Positions 1-15,100 of a DNA stretch of 64,000 nucleotides are shown here, one piece after another. The number at the start of each line of letters is the position of its first letter. The stretch's first letter is position 1. The stretch comes from Antedon mediterranea. Its lineage: Eukaryota > Animalia > Echinodermata. Location: the NCBI RefSeq assembly GCF_964355755.1, contig NC_092676.1, positions 16,076,871-16,140,870 on the forward strand, given 5' to 3'. The position numbers and the translations under genes are program-made. A model generated the notes under the pieces. That model had not been told where the DNA came from and made no database searches. It was given only the letters and a program-made list of their open reading frames with translations.

Positions 1-134
1 GCTGCATACTGCTGAATAAACCGTTTATATCAAAATAGAGTTAAAATATAATTTTTATATCGACTGCATTTCTGCTAATTGTTTTCTCCTAAATAACCTA
101 TCAGTGTGTGGTCGTCGACCGAAATTTTTGGTAC

Positions 135-150
135 TACCCAGAATGCAATG
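135..150 (+). promoter_or_regulatory. Putative ZNF143/Staf binding site, possible promoter of a neighbouring gene left of the window
   Basis: TACCCAGAATGCAATG matches the Staf/ZNF143 consensus (TWCCCANAATGCA), in a locally CpG-containing patch. Confidence 0.4.
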
Positions 151-334
151 GCCACTGGCGTTAATTCAAAAGTTACTGCAGTGTAGTTGACACAAAGTCA
201 GTGGATGTCAATCAAATAACTGTTATTTTGCGTTTCAACTAAAGTTGTCCTGTTTCTGCTTGGTTCACTTTATTCACACGTTATTAGGCATATTTTTTGC
301 AGCAGAAACAGGACCTTGTTCTACTAGCAGGAGA

Positions 335-410
335 GCCAGAACATGTCCTGATATTATGGCTACAGTACAATGGTTTGTAGTGCCCATGCCTTAACCGCTC
401 GACTCTATAT
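335..410 (-). mobile_element. 5' fragment of tRNA-derived SINE
   Basis: Reverse complement GTCGAGCGGTTAAG...GTAGCCATAATATCAG matches the head of the SINE at 23843. Confidence 0.55.
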
Positions 411-882
411 CAGATGATACAATTAAAATAACCAGACTTTATATGCTATAAATCTTTTACATTTTTAATATTCAAAATTATTCCGTTTTTACATTTTAGA
501 TCAATTAAGTGATTAACGCCGCAATACAACTAAATGTGAGGTTGTGCTTTTAAATTCTAAAACATTCACTGGCTTCTGTCTTCTTTATAGAGGCAATTAG
601 AATAACTTAAGTAACTTTGTCATATGTGGTATAGCACTGTGACATGTAAAGGTAAATGTGCACATGAAATACAAATGAAATTTGCCCATAATACTGTTAA
701 ATCATTAAATGAATGTAATTGCCAAAATGTCCCCTGATCGACTTCTAATAGCATACATAATTGAGGCTTGCAATCAAGGAAACATGCCATTTTTCTGCTA
801 GGAGTAGGCCTTCTGTATTATATACTATACATTTGTACTTATATTATCTGGTAAGGTAAGTGTTCATATGGATGTGATGTTA

Positions 883-1002
883 AGCTATATATACACTATC
901 AAAAAGTATGCCCAAATATGGTAGTGATATGACGTCATCTTGTCCATATATGGGCACATCACATTTTCTATTCACATAAAGTTTATTAGTGCAGACAGAG
1001 CT
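883..1002. mobile_element. Tourist/Harbinger-like MITE (family A), degenerate
   Basis: AGCT..TACACTATCAAA / TAGTGCAGACAGAGCT termini shared with copies at 9597, 26355, 52264. Confidence 0.65.
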
Positions 1003-2986
1003 TAACACTATTTAGCATAGAAGCACTTGACTTAGTCTCCATGTAATAGCACATATATGCAAAGCTGAATAAAATTAAGGCTCCTAAAATTAAACCAAGC
1101 CTTATTGGCCAGTAAACCATCCATGTAGTTTTATTGTAATATACTGATCTAGTTTTCTGTGAATACAGTATATACCTAATATTTAAAACAAACTATTGAT
1201 TAAAAATATGTCTGATCTAATTTTGCTACTATTGTATTTAAACTTTAATGCATGCACACAACTTGAATTTACAGAGCTAAAAATATCATAAATAAATTTA
1301 GTATTGAAAAGGTTAACACTGAATTTATTTCAAAGTTCCTTTAAAAATGCATGACCGTTATTTTGTTCATAATTTGTCAAATCCTAACATGATTCATAGG
1401 TTAATTTCATATTTTTATTATCATTCTTTTGTGATATAATAAATATTAGTAACTATCTTCAATTTGTGAGTATTAATTGTATTTACTTTACAATAATACT
1501 TATTTATATTTTTTATGATTCAATTATATTCAGCCCTGATCAAATTACAAAAAAACTATTTGGCAATCTTTCTTATCTAATTTACTATTCTATAAGTACC
1601 TCAAAAAGAAATATTAAATAAGATTGGCATGCAATATAGTTTAGTCTATAGAACAAACAAAAGATTACATATAGAAATACTGTAGTAAACAAACTTAAAA
1701 AAGGTGATCATAGAGCATACTTTAGGAAATTCCTCCACGGTATCATAGCAATCAACTTACACATCCGCATGTTATTTTCTACCTACTTCTTTATTGTATA
1801 TGGCAAAAATAGAACAATGTAAGGTCATTGTTAAAAAAATAGTAAAATAAACATCAGCTGATGGAAGGCCGATAAAATAGATAGATCATAGATAGGTCAT
1901 TTATTAGGTAGCCTGACACCCTTATTTTAAAATCCTGGTTCTGCCTCTGGTAAAAACATGGGTTTGACAGTCAAATACTATACAGAGCTAGAAAAATCAC
2001 ATATTGGCATTGGTACACGAAAGAGGTGAACCTACAGTAGCATAGACTGAATAGAAAAACCTGGTCACATAAGTTAGGTGTTTAGAAGTATGTAATGAAA
2101 TATCATTATTGTAAACAATTGGGCCATGATCAGATTTTCATAATGAGTTCTAATTGTAGAGATGATTTTGAAGCTTCAGCACGGCAAGTTTTGAGCGAAA
2201 ATATGGGCATTTGGTATTTATCAGAAAGTTTTACAATAAATAATGAGTTAGTACTATCTGAATAGTACTAAAAACACAAATAAAATGATTAAACAACTTA
2301 TTCTACAAAGCGCCAATTTACCAAATAACTGCACCATTGAATTGAAAATGCACTTTTTTTCCTAATAGGGACAAGCAATATTTAAATTACATCTATTGAC
2401 CTTTATACTCTTAAATTGAATGACATGATTTTGAATATCAAATCTGTAATATGCATTTATAAGAAGCGTGACAAACGTGAAGGAATAGAACCATTGAAAT
2501 ATAAGAATCAATAGAAAAATAAAATATAAATCTTAAAATCTCATCTACATTATCAACTTAGCAAAAATTGTACAAATATATCACACATTTACTGAACAAA
2601 ATAAAAACAATAAAACACATTAAAAGTATATTTATAAATTTATCAGAATATACAAGATAATTATGCGAGGGAATTTTTAATCAGCAACTCCCTGTCTATT
2701 GTAGGCCTCTATTTGTTTTTATGTAGAATAGCTTATATTATGAAGAATATATCAATATAAATATACAGTAGTGTGAACACATGTTGTATTCAACCATCAT
2801 TTTATTCATAATGCTATCTTAAAAATATACAAAGATTGCTTTGCAGAGGATGTATTACATTATCTTCTAATATATAGCTATGATGTCTAGTAACTCATCT
2901 TTAAAATACAGCAATTATTGTTATGTTTGCACATTTTTACTCTAAAAATTTGCTAGCAGCGTAGGTTAAGATGACCGGTAAACCTG

Positions 2987-3135
2987 TCATGTCTGGTCAT
3001 ATAAAATAAGGTCAAACTTGACCACTACTTCGCCCGTCGATACTTCATGTAAGAGTAATCGTTTTGTAATCGGTCCTTTCCCGTAATTTTCCTTTTTGAT
3101 ATCTGCTATTCGAACTTCTGTTCTTCCCAGAAAAT
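2987..3135 (-). CDS. ITSN: ITSN last coding exon (C2 end)
   Basis: [49 protein letters not shown]-stop (TGA 2989-2987); AG acceptor 3137-3136. Confidence 0.95.
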
Positions 3136-6100
3136 CTAAAATAACAAACCAAATAATTAATAATTGTAATATTTCAGTTTAAAAACTACAACATTACATT
3201 GTTTTGATTAACATTTGTTTCATGTGAATGAGTAATGAATGATGTACAGTAATACAGACTATTTGCAAAGAGTATCAGTAAAACAAACTCTTAATATGAT
3301 TAAGATACAGGTAGGCCTATCTAACTACACTACACTATAATACAAAGAAAAAATACCATTATAATCTTTTTGCTTAAGTCAAGATACAGTAGTTAGGCAG
3401 TGCTTAAGTAAAAAACTGAAGCCTATAATTTCATCTTAAGGAATAAGCTTTGTCATCATTTGTCAAGAAAGAGTAATTTTGATTAATCAGACCCCATGTA
3501 TACAATATAAACTGCATACACAGATGGTAGGATATATACGATTTACGATCCTCGCAGCGGTAGTCATGTGATGCAGTTTCAACCAATCACGTTCACGTAT
3601 TTACATAGGCTGTGTAATATAAGATGGTATTGCAGTGTACTGTACTACTAGTATACTACTGTATATAAATACTATGTATTTCAGATACAACAGTAGGCCT
3701 AATTCATTTTGAATTAAGAGAACAAACACACTAATAAATATATGAAAGAACCCAGAAACTGAGTGAAGTACTTGGCAAAATATTGCCACACAGAGGGTAT
3801 ATGTTTATATTTCGGATCTTGTTAAAAGAAAACACATTTTTCTTTTTGTAGAAAGATAACTTAAAAATTGTAGGCACTATTGTGCTAATCAACAAACAAA
3901 CAAAACAAGTACTATACTTCATGAATAAATGAACGTTAAATGAAAAATTATTAAAAGTGAATGATTGAAATAGACACCTACCATCAGGAGAGAGGAAGTC
4001 TTTATCATAGACTGTTAAACATAGCACATCTTGGTTCAAATCTCTCACAATAAACTGCATATTATAGTTCCATTTCGGGTTCAATGTGTCTGGAATAAAA
4101 CGTGTACGGTTCTCCTCACCTCCCATACTAACCTCACAATATGGGTCAGCACGACCTTCAATAAAATGTAATGTCAAATATTATGTGTCAATAATCAGTA
4201 AAACTAAGAGAGAAATTAATTTGCTAATAAAATGCATACAAACATTCAAACATTGATAAAACTGTTGAAATATATATTTAAAAAGTCTGTAACAGCAGGA
4301 CAATAAGTACCTATTTAAATAACTTTATTCCAAAATATTAGAAAATTGCACAAAAAAAGGCAACCACAACAAGTGAAGCTTGGTTGGCATACAGTAACTA
4401 AAACGAACAATAGCTTGGGTTAATAATTAATTAACTAATTAACAAATTTAACTAATGATACTGTATGTTTATACTGGGATTTTATAGTTTCAAATGAAAA
4501 TTGTCCAAGTACACAATTTATTATGAAAATGTTCATAAAAAATGGGTAGGGTGTGAAATATATAATTGTTAACTGTAATTTGATTGTAAGTATTTTAATC
4601 ATTGATAAAGACAACTCGCATTCCCTTACCAGTAACAGAGTTTGATGGCTTAAGATCAGCGCCCTCAATAATCACGACAAGCAAACGTCCAATTCCCTTG
4701 CTTCGCATTGAACGTACTAAAACAGAGAATAATTAAGAGAGATTTACATAACACAAAAGAAGAAAGGTAATCATGATCATAATCTTTCTATAACACAGAA
4801 TGGGTTTATTCTTCTCTGTAAATATTTACTTGTTTTAGATTTAAAAATGTTATTTCATACGCATCTAAAAGTGGGTAAACTCAACCAATTACAGGATGGA
4901 TAACCTATTTTCTAATTTATTGAAAAGAGTGGTGAGTTAAAACCCTCTTACAGTGGTCAGGATTGAACACTGTCAATCAAGTATATTAGCCACCAAGTTA
5001 CAGCTTCACTAAATCACTAGTTTACAATATTTACCTCTTTGGGCTTTCTCTCGCTTCTTCTTTTCTGTTTCAATTGAGTGTTTTGAAGCATTTTCAATTT
5101 GTTTGATCCATTTATTTCTGTAAATTAAAAAAAAAGAAGTCAGAAATCTTTATTTGATACATTTAATAACCGGACTGCTTTTCTCATTGTGGCATATCGA
5201 GGGATGAGCACCCTCCACCTCCCCACCTATAATCCGACATTTTTTATTCTAACATAGTATAATCAAATTTTGATCAACTGTGCAAATTATTAGTTATATA
5301 CACATTTTAATTTTATACTTTTGCCCTCCGTAATGACAAATTTCAGAACCATCACAGGTCTTTATGATGGGTAGAGCATGTATGCAGTGATGTAACGCAC
5401 AGGTCTGAGGCCTTGGGTGGTTTTAGCCTTTTCGAAATATTTTAATGCCTGTTTTTTTCCTGTAGACCTCCTTGGTTTAGTCAGTGAGTGCATAGCCATC
5501 AATGCCTGTATGAAGTAGTGAGCTTGTGATAAGAGGGTTGAGGTAGGCAGGTGACTGTGTCATGGAATACCCGTGTTATGTAAGATCAACTTCTGTTGCT
5601 GTTACGCTAGTTATAGATAATTTACCTTTGAGTTTTGATACAATGTTTGGTAATACTTACTTAATTTTCTCTGTTTCTGCTTTGAGAGCATAAACTTTCT
5701 CAATGTGAGTAAGGTGAAACACACATTCATCTTGTACATCTGATGGTACCTTCACTGTAATCTCACTCAGAAATAAAGGCTGCAAAGAAAATGTTAAATA
5801 TAAATATAGTAGGCCTATAGATATATTATAAGACATATTGAATGATAATGAGAATGATGATGATGATATCAGTGATGAATGATAAAATTAATAATGAGGT
5901 TAAAATGATGGTGTTTTTTAGGGAGTTTTCCATCAAATTTTACTCAATGAGTATTTGGTTCATATAATATCAGATTCATGCAATAATAATATTTAAAAAT
6001 TAATAAAAGACATACCTGTCGATACATTTTGTACATCATTTCATTTTTGTTATCAGAGAATGAAAAAAGAAGACCAGGGCGAACTGGTTGTGTTAACAGC

Positions 6101-9100
6101 AAGAAATCATTAAACAAAAAGGCATACAGCTCCTTGTTACTTTTAACCTGATAACAAAACAAAACATATTATAATTACATATTATAATAAAATATTAATA
6201 ATAATAATAATAATACAATTAGTGATTTAATGAAAGGTTAAAGAGGTTCTAATATTATTCATATACTAACATGGGACTAGAAAATAAAAATCATTCCTTT
6301 TTAAAGATAATTCTTCCTTCCAAAGGCACTCTGCAATGAGGAGCATACAAATATACTATATACCGTAAGATAGATTAAAAAAAAGTAATGCAGTGGGACA
6401 TTGTGTAACATACTGTATAATGGTAGTAGATATATTTAGAATAATCAATTTAATCATTAAAAAAATGTATTCTTATTTATCTCCGCCAAGGAGGTATATG
6501 TAATCGGTAGCGTGTGTTTGTTTGTTTGTTTGTTAGCAGGATTACTCAAAAAGTAATTACAAGATCTTTACCAAAATGAATAGACAGATAGATATGTGGT
6601 CAAGGACCATTCCATTAAATTTTGGGACCATTTGGGACCACAGTCCTGATTCTGGACCACTTTTTAGTATACTTTTTTAGACCTGCTAGTGTTGAAAGAT
6701 AGGACAGAATTTTTCAAAAGCCGGCGAGCAGTCTTAAAGTAACAAGTAAACTGAAATTGCATTTTCTCGAGAACTACTTGTCCAAAAAACTTCATTTTTT
6801 AACAAGAGGCAAGAGTTATAATTTGTGATTTGTAATTTTAAAACATAATTTGATTTAATGTGCCCGTTTTTTGATGCGAGTAGTTTAGAAAACCTATTTC
6901 TTTTCAAATTCACTCGTTTGATTTTCACGTTGCTGTTCTATTGTTAGTCAACTGAAGCTATTGTTAATTGAAAGGCTTGTTACATAACCATTACACCCAA
7001 CACACATGCTTGTAATGAAATTAGCCTAAATCACAAACAGCATTAAGACACACACAAATATATATATATATATATATTTTTTTTACCGGAGAAATCTTAT
7101 GTAGGAGAATTTTACAGTAGGCGGAGGTATGCCCTCTCGGAGTGGGTTTCTAGTTTCAGATGTATCACGAAGATTAATATGAGATGCACACTAATCTAAT
7201 AATAATGCTAATGGTAATCATAACTATTGCTATATTGTTATCGTTTATCTGTATTTTTTTATCAAATATAAGGTCTAAAGAGACAAGAAAAATAAGTTTT
7301 TTTTTCTGGTTTTGGCCTTATTTACAGATTTATTTGCAACTAACATTATTGTATTTATATTGACTGTATATTAAATCAATTCTGCTGTCACGCAAAAATT
7401 AAAAAATTCCATATTACTGTACTGTATATACAAAACAGTAGAATTTACATACCTTAAGTAACACACTGGAGTGTAGAAATTTTCTTGGACCTAGACAGTT
7501 GGTTAGTGAATTGAAAACAAGTTCCTGCAGAAGTAATATCAAATTTTTTGTTAGACACACCTTGGATATATTCATATATAATAACTGCCTGTTATTATTG
7601 TTATACATCCAATAGAATATTACAGTAGTTGGCTTTTGGTCATTGGATGTGATTTTAAGTAAAATAAAAATGAATAATTCATTATAAATAAATTATAATT
7701 ATATATATATACATTATAATAGTACCTCTGGCAATCCTGTGCAATCAATGTGTGACTGTAACCATTCTAACTTATCAGAGTTTTCTCGTTCTCTTACTCC
7801 TTCATTCACTTGCTGACAAAGTTCTTCTGCTTTTTCAAGAGCTAATTTGATGTTATCATGGTCTATATGATCTTCACTTGTATATTTTAAAATCTTCAAG
7901 AATAAGAAAGAATTTGTTGATTTGCATATTTTTCAATGTCAAATTTTAATTTTCATAGTATAAAGACAGGTCGAGCTGAAAAAAGCGAAAGTCAATTAAT
8001 GTGACATTATATAAAAATTATACTGACCGATATATTATATCTATAGTCTTGATTAATATTGATTTATATATAATGCATCTCCTACAAAAAACTAAACTAA
8101 ATGATTCCTATATGTGCCAAATTTCATTAAAACTTGTCAGCAGTTCTAACACCTTTTATTGAAATATACATATAAACGCATTCTATTGAGAATTTTATAA
8201 CATGTGTCTGGTGAAGAATAACATTGTGCCATGGACAAGTTAAACATGCCTCACAAAACTAATCAAAACAAAAAGTGTATCTCTTCTACGATTCTTCTTT
8301 ATCTTAAATAATTAAAGATGTATTTTTAAATTTAGATCTTGGAAGTTTTAATAAAAACAAACAACAATAATGATTTTACTTATCAAAAGACTGAATAAAG
8401 AATAATAATATCCATTATCTGACAGAAGTATTTTTTGCTTTAAATTACAGTTTTTCAGGTAAATATATTCTTTATCCAAATTTTTTGGTCAAAGTGAATC
8501 AATTATGTAACATTAAAATGGAATATTCAAACAATAAATAAGACAATATTATAAATGCAAATGAATGCAAAAAGATGGCATACTGCAAGAGGCAAGACTG
8601 TGTGGGAGGCAAGTCTACTTGAATTGAAGAAAAACATAATGCACTAACAGCATGTTTGTGGCTTACTTCAACAAATTTTGTAATCGTGTAATGAAGGTTT
8701 GTTTTTTTAAATCTATATAAAGCCAGAAAACACAACAGATTCAGACTGAACCAATTAACCCTTAACAAAGAAGTTGGGTTTTCCACACCATTCCATCAGG
8801 TAAAATGTAAATTTTGCCAGGACAGCTTTACTAGGGTACGTTTATTTTAAATGAACACTTACCTTTTCAATTAACATTGGATACCTAGTAATACGTTGCA
8901 TTGGTTTGATTAAAAAACTACTCAAAGGCATTCCTTTGGTTCTCTTGTCTCTGGCGATGTTCTAGCAATAAAAATAAAATATTTGTGAAAAGTAGTGATG
9001 GTTGAAGTACCATCAATATAGCTGTTTAAGGTGGAAATAAATAAAGGTGAATTTATTTAAAAAAAGAAGTTATATAGAAAATGGTGGAATTTTTTAGTTT

Positions 9101-12100
9101 CCTCAGATTTGTGTACATTATCATCTTGTCTGTTTCATTGAAAAACATGTTTCTTTTTGTACCTAGATTGATTTACTCTTACATATTCTATTGCATATAG
9201 TATGTATATACAGCTTCGGACGCTGAACTTATGGTACACTGTTTGGAAAATTTCCAACATATTTTACAATGAACCAATAAATATTATATTATACTTACTG
9301 TATATTCTTATTTTTCTTTCTATGGATACTTTCTAAAATAAATAATTATCAAATGAATATAACACCATGAGCTTACCCTTAAATAGTCTTTGAAGGATGG
9401 GTCTGAATCTATCTTCTTTTGCAGCATGGCAGAAGCAGTTAGTTGACAACTGCAGAACCTTATGTAAGGGGTCAGATGAGGAAGCTAAAAAAACAAGCAC
9501 GATATGAATTATTCTATGTGGAAAACAAAATTATATATTCCATATTGACAAACCTTATCCATAATTTAATTAATTAAATTATACTTTCGAGTCTAAAGCT
9601 CTGTCTACACTATCCAACCTCATGTGACAAAAAATGTGATCCAATAATATGGAAACAATGATGTCCCAAAACTACCATATTTGGACATGACATCACACTA
9701 TTTTCGTCAAACTAATCACGGCCGTAACCAGCTTGAAATTTTCACTTTTTAACTAGTTTGATAGTGTAGACAGACCTTAAAACATAATAAGACATAATTT
9801 TAAAAGGGTGTAGATTTTAAATCTTGTATAGGGCCTACTGTAGTTTTGTTTTAATAAGCCAATGTGGGCCACTTGTTTAGAATCTGGGAAGTATGCTAAG
9901 CTAGCTAGAAGTCAACAATGTTTTTTACCTGTTAGCAATTGTAACTATGTCAGGGTTAAACATACAGTTTTAAACCTTACAACTGGCTAATAACAAATTA
10001 ATACTAATAGTACTAAAATACTTTTTGTAAAAACAGTGCATTATTTGCCTTTTTTGAATGTTTTTTGCATATCTTGCCTAATAAGCCTTCAGGAAATGTT
10101 AAAAGAATATGGCTTTCATGAGGACAGAATTTTTCTAATAATGCCTCTAGAAAAGCTATATTAATGGCATATACCTTTGTAAAATTATTTGTAATCAATA
10201 GAATTATTTATATATTTGTTTTGATATATAAAGGTCATAACAATTGCAATTCATTCTCACATAAAAAATTGCCACATACAAAATCTTCAAAATTTATCAT
10301 CAGTTCATGGGTCATATATGTGCTTAATGAAGCAGAATGAAATTGTCATGAAAACTTAATCAATGCCAAATAAAGATGACATAAAGAGAAATTCAGTCAG
10401 TGAGACTACAGTATGTTTGAACATCTCCTTATAATATTCCACGCATATATTAGTTTTATTTGCCTTTATCTCTTTCCAATTTCATATAATTTAATTACTT
10501 TCTTAGTTTTCTTTGTTCATCCTTTCAGTTTAATTAGTTAATTTTATACTGCACTGAAGTTTCACCAAATTACGTCTAATTTAAAAATCATGATAGAGAT
10601 AATACATTAGTACTATATATATACTATATTATACTATACTATGATAAAACATTCAATAATAAAAGCTTTTTTGTCAACAACAATAATCATCATCTGGAAT
10701 TTCTGTAACTTATTTTTGTTTTGTTATACAAAAAGTCCTTGAAGCAGTAACATGCACTTTATTCATATTATGTCTGACTGATATACGAAGGTGGGTAGTG
10801 CCATGTGTGAAAGTGTGCCTCAAGCATTCACTAATAAATGGATAGTTTTAAATTCAGACTTAGACGAAGATGGTCGTGCTTGAATGATATGTGATAACGA
10901 TGCCGGTAATATTAGCAATCCATCATGTTGAAATTTTGAATAATACATTTGCATCATCTAATTTATTTAAGAAAGCTAAAGTCATGGGAAAGAGAATTCG
11001 GCATGAGAAGTAGAATAAAGATATCAATGATAGAAAATTATGATCCTATTGAATTTGGAAAGGTAAAAATAAGAAAATATGGAAAAATATTAACATTAAA
11101 ACAATATGTATAACAAATTTTTTTTAACATAATTTTCATGGTGACAATGATGTGAATATCCTCTTACTGCGGTTTGGTTTTTTTTTTTTGGCATGGTCGG
11201 AATCCACTTTTTTGTGTTAGTTTATGTACAGCGCTTAGAGGTTTCACAACATTAGGCGCTATATAAATCCAGGATATTTATTTTTTTATATGAATTTCAG
11301 GTAAAAATCGATTTAAGAAAATCATTGATAATGACAATAAAAGAATTATTATATTGCCAAGATTTACTGACACAAAATGTGATCAAAACTAGGGTTAATT
11401 ATTACACATTTTAGTATGAGTGAATTTTTATCCTTTAACCCCTTTTTATTTTAGATTTTGGCCCTGTAATTGCTTTTTTTTAAAAGCAAAATCAGATAAA
11501 AATGTTCTGACTATGTTTTTCGGTTAATGCTGGGTAACATACATGAGGCTTTAATTGAATGTTAAATGGATTGTTTTTAAATAAGCATCATTTACATAAA
11601 CATTTTTGCTAAATTTTCATCAGAAACTATCATTAAAATTTACTTGAAACTGAACCTGCAGTTATTAGCCCCAATACCTATTTATTCTCCTAATGCAGTT
11701 TCCATATTTCATAAATATGCCGGATATATTTGGTTGAAGGCATTTCATGTAATATTTAGCATAATGCTTTTGACAGACAATGTTATGGATTCAGGTCATT
11801 TGAAGTGGAACACATGTTTCCATTTCACATGGTATTCATCACGTTTAACCAACCTTGTAGGTATTACTGTCACACATCAATTTCCCTCTTGAATATTTCA
11901 TATAAAATTCATATTAAATAACTAGTAAATAAATGATGTATAACTAGACAAGTTTCTAGAATCATTAATTCAATACTTATGTAAAACCTAGATGTAGAAA
12001 AACCTGATAATATGGATATATTCAATCTAAATTTGTTCAGAAACAAAATGGCACGATTGGTAGAGATCAGTTTCATGCAAAGGCACGTTTCAGACATGCC

Positions 12101-15100
12101 TATGACTTCTTGTCTGCAGCTGTAAGCAATACGCACACATATATTGCCTCATCTTTTTGATGTGACATTAAACTGAAGGGGTTACTGTATATGCATGAAG
12201 ATAAATGCCATACACTAAATAAAAAAAGAGTAGGCGATTGTCTAGCCTATTAGCCTATGCAGACTGCAGCCGATTGGTTACGTTACACTGTTAAACAATT
12301 ACCAAAGTCGTACTTTATAATATGCAATTCTGTACATTTTACCTACAGAATCTAAATCCATCAAAAAATTAATGATAAAGGGCCATGAAGTCATCTGCTG
12401 GCATATGTGATGTGCCATGTTTGACATGTTATGCACCCATAAGATTTATCGCAAATAGCTTGATTTTGTGAGGAACGTCATTGCACAATGCACGAGAAGG
12501 GTTTGTGTGCAAACGTCACAACGTGTACATACAAACAACAAATCATGTACGTATACAATGTGATGCTTGCTTCCAAACCTTTCCCACCATGCGTAGCACA
12601 AGCAATTTGCGATAAACCTTAAAGTACACTTAGCTATTTCTGTTTATGTTTTGTTATGTTTTGCTTTCATTGTTTCATTTGTTTTTATTTTGGTTGCAAC
12701 ATAGTGACAATATGTGTCGCTGATAAAAAACTAAAAACTAATAACTACAATAGAAATCCTATTAAGGCACCCTTAGGGCCCAATAAAGTGTCCCCTAAAT
12801 AGGGGTTGGTCATAGTGTTAAAGCATATATTGCACCTAGATTGTGTGCACATCATAAATAACAATGTTTTAATGATTTTTTTCACTGTACTTAAGCATAT
12901 AATAATAGTATTACAAATTGATAAGAGTGTAAGAATCAATTAGCAAACATGAAGCATGCTTTACCTGTTCACATAGAATATCACCAATCTGTTCTACGGG
13001 TTGATTCTTTCCACTCATAGTTTTTCGTACAAGCATTGCTCTAGAAAAAAAAAGAACATTATTAATTTCAGCATTAATCTATGTGTAAGCTGCTTGGATG
13101 TATTCCCTCAGGTGATAGTGTCCTAGATATTGCACTGTTTCTAGTTTTATCACAAAGAATAACCTTGGAGAGATATATCTATTTATGATTAAATACATTT
13201 TTATATCTTAGCCTTTTAACATCATTTTGTTATGTGTGTACGCCAGATTACTACAGGTTAAAACTTCTTAGCGGTATAATAGAATAATAGAATTTATAAA
13301 TAATGTTTTTGAGCATCCATTAATTATTTCGAATAAAAAATGTATGAAAGATTTTGTATGATTTATTTAATACATTGTTCAATTTCTAGATGCATCTTTC
13401 TAAAACAGGTTTCAATATATTGGTTAAGAGTCTAATGTAATTCCAGAGAGGCTCTATGCAATGTGATTGTATAACATCGGCCAAATAGATAATCCAGTTG
13501 AAGTAGAGTTCCCTACTAAGTCATGCACCACACTGTTTGTGAGTGTATCAATGCAAGAATCTATCTTTATACAATCCTCATATGCGAAAAATGCAAGAAT
13601 TTAATACCAAAAAACCAATAATTTTCTTGCAGTACAAATAGAAGTTATTTTATAAAAACTGAAAAGTATTTATATCCTATTTTCTTAATATTTTAAGTTA
13701 TTATTTTTATATACTGTACGAAATAATTTTTTCAAAAGATATATTGGTGCAAATTTGAAGACTCCTGTTTCCATCACTGTCGGCGATGAGTTAGTTTTGC
13801 AGCCAATCTATTGACCGGCCTAATGGCTAGGACATCTGCATATGATGCAGAAGTTTTGAATCTCGGTTGGGGTGTCAAATCATTTAATTTCAAAATTAAT
13901 TAATTAACATTCACAGGGCAGTTTTAAACTTCTTCTGTAAATATAAACATTCTTTTACTTATCTTATAGACAGATACAGATACTTATAGATTATAGAATA
14001 CAAAAGACACTTAATTATGTATGCAACCTTGCTAGTGAACTGCAATTGTTAATAATAATAATAATAATAATAATACTTTAGGTATTTGTATAGCGCCAGA
14101 ATCAACTAAACCAAATATTGGATGTTAAAAAAATGCGTTTTAAGTTCTTAAAAATAGCAATAGAAATTGAATGAGTAAAATGACGAGGGAGAGAATTCCA
14201 AAGAGAAGCAGCAGAGAACATAAAAGACCTTTGTCCATAATATTTGGTGTTAATTCTAGGAACAGGTAGTAGGTTTTGATCAGCCGAACGAAGACAAGCA
14301 AGAGGGATGTAGGAGAGAAGAAGATCAAGGAGATAAGTAGGTTGATTAAGCAGTAGCGCTTTAAATGTTAGGAAAAGGATCTTATATTTTATACGGGAGT
14401 CAATAGGTAGCTTAGAACTAATTTCATTATTTGCAAAATGTTAGAAAAGGTGACAATTGGTTGTCATAATGGTAATGTTAAGTACTGACCTGGGTATAAT
14501 CTCACTTACTTGTGAAGTTTAGTATTGCACTGTATAAGTTCATTCCAATTAACATAAAGCATTCCAAGTTCCTGACTGCTTAATCGCTTTTGTTCTTCCA
14601 TTGGTTTTTTAAATACCTGATGAAATAATTTGAATCATTGAATTTAATATGAGCTTTTTCAAATTAGTAAAATGAATTGGTAATTTTTGTTTCAAGAATC
14701 AATTGATTAAATAGTGTAAACGTTTCAAAATGGGAATAAGTTGTTTTGTCATACGACCCTTGCTGGATCCCATGAATGTGTTTCCACAGAAACAATGTTT
14801 CCATTATTGGGTTGGGATGTGGTGACTCAACACAATATTACCTCAACCACAAGAACCATGTCATCAAGGTAAGCCTTCTCTGTGTCCAGTAGCTCATGAA
14901 CACGACCTTGCCGCTTCTGCTCTGTCTCAGACATTGCCTCCAACAAATAAATATCCTTACACCCTGTATAAAAGTAATTCCAAAAAAATAAAACACAAAC
15001 TTATATAAAATACTTGTTAAACCTGATTACAAATAATAAACATCAATAATCTACAATGTATAATATGCTTTTGTTTTGTTTGTCTTTTTATTGTCATTCT

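Noticed and set aside
12335-12352. Recursive splice site (ctgtag|gtaaaa), similar one near 9928
   Set aside because: Weak pyrimidine tract, modest intron size, expected by chance.
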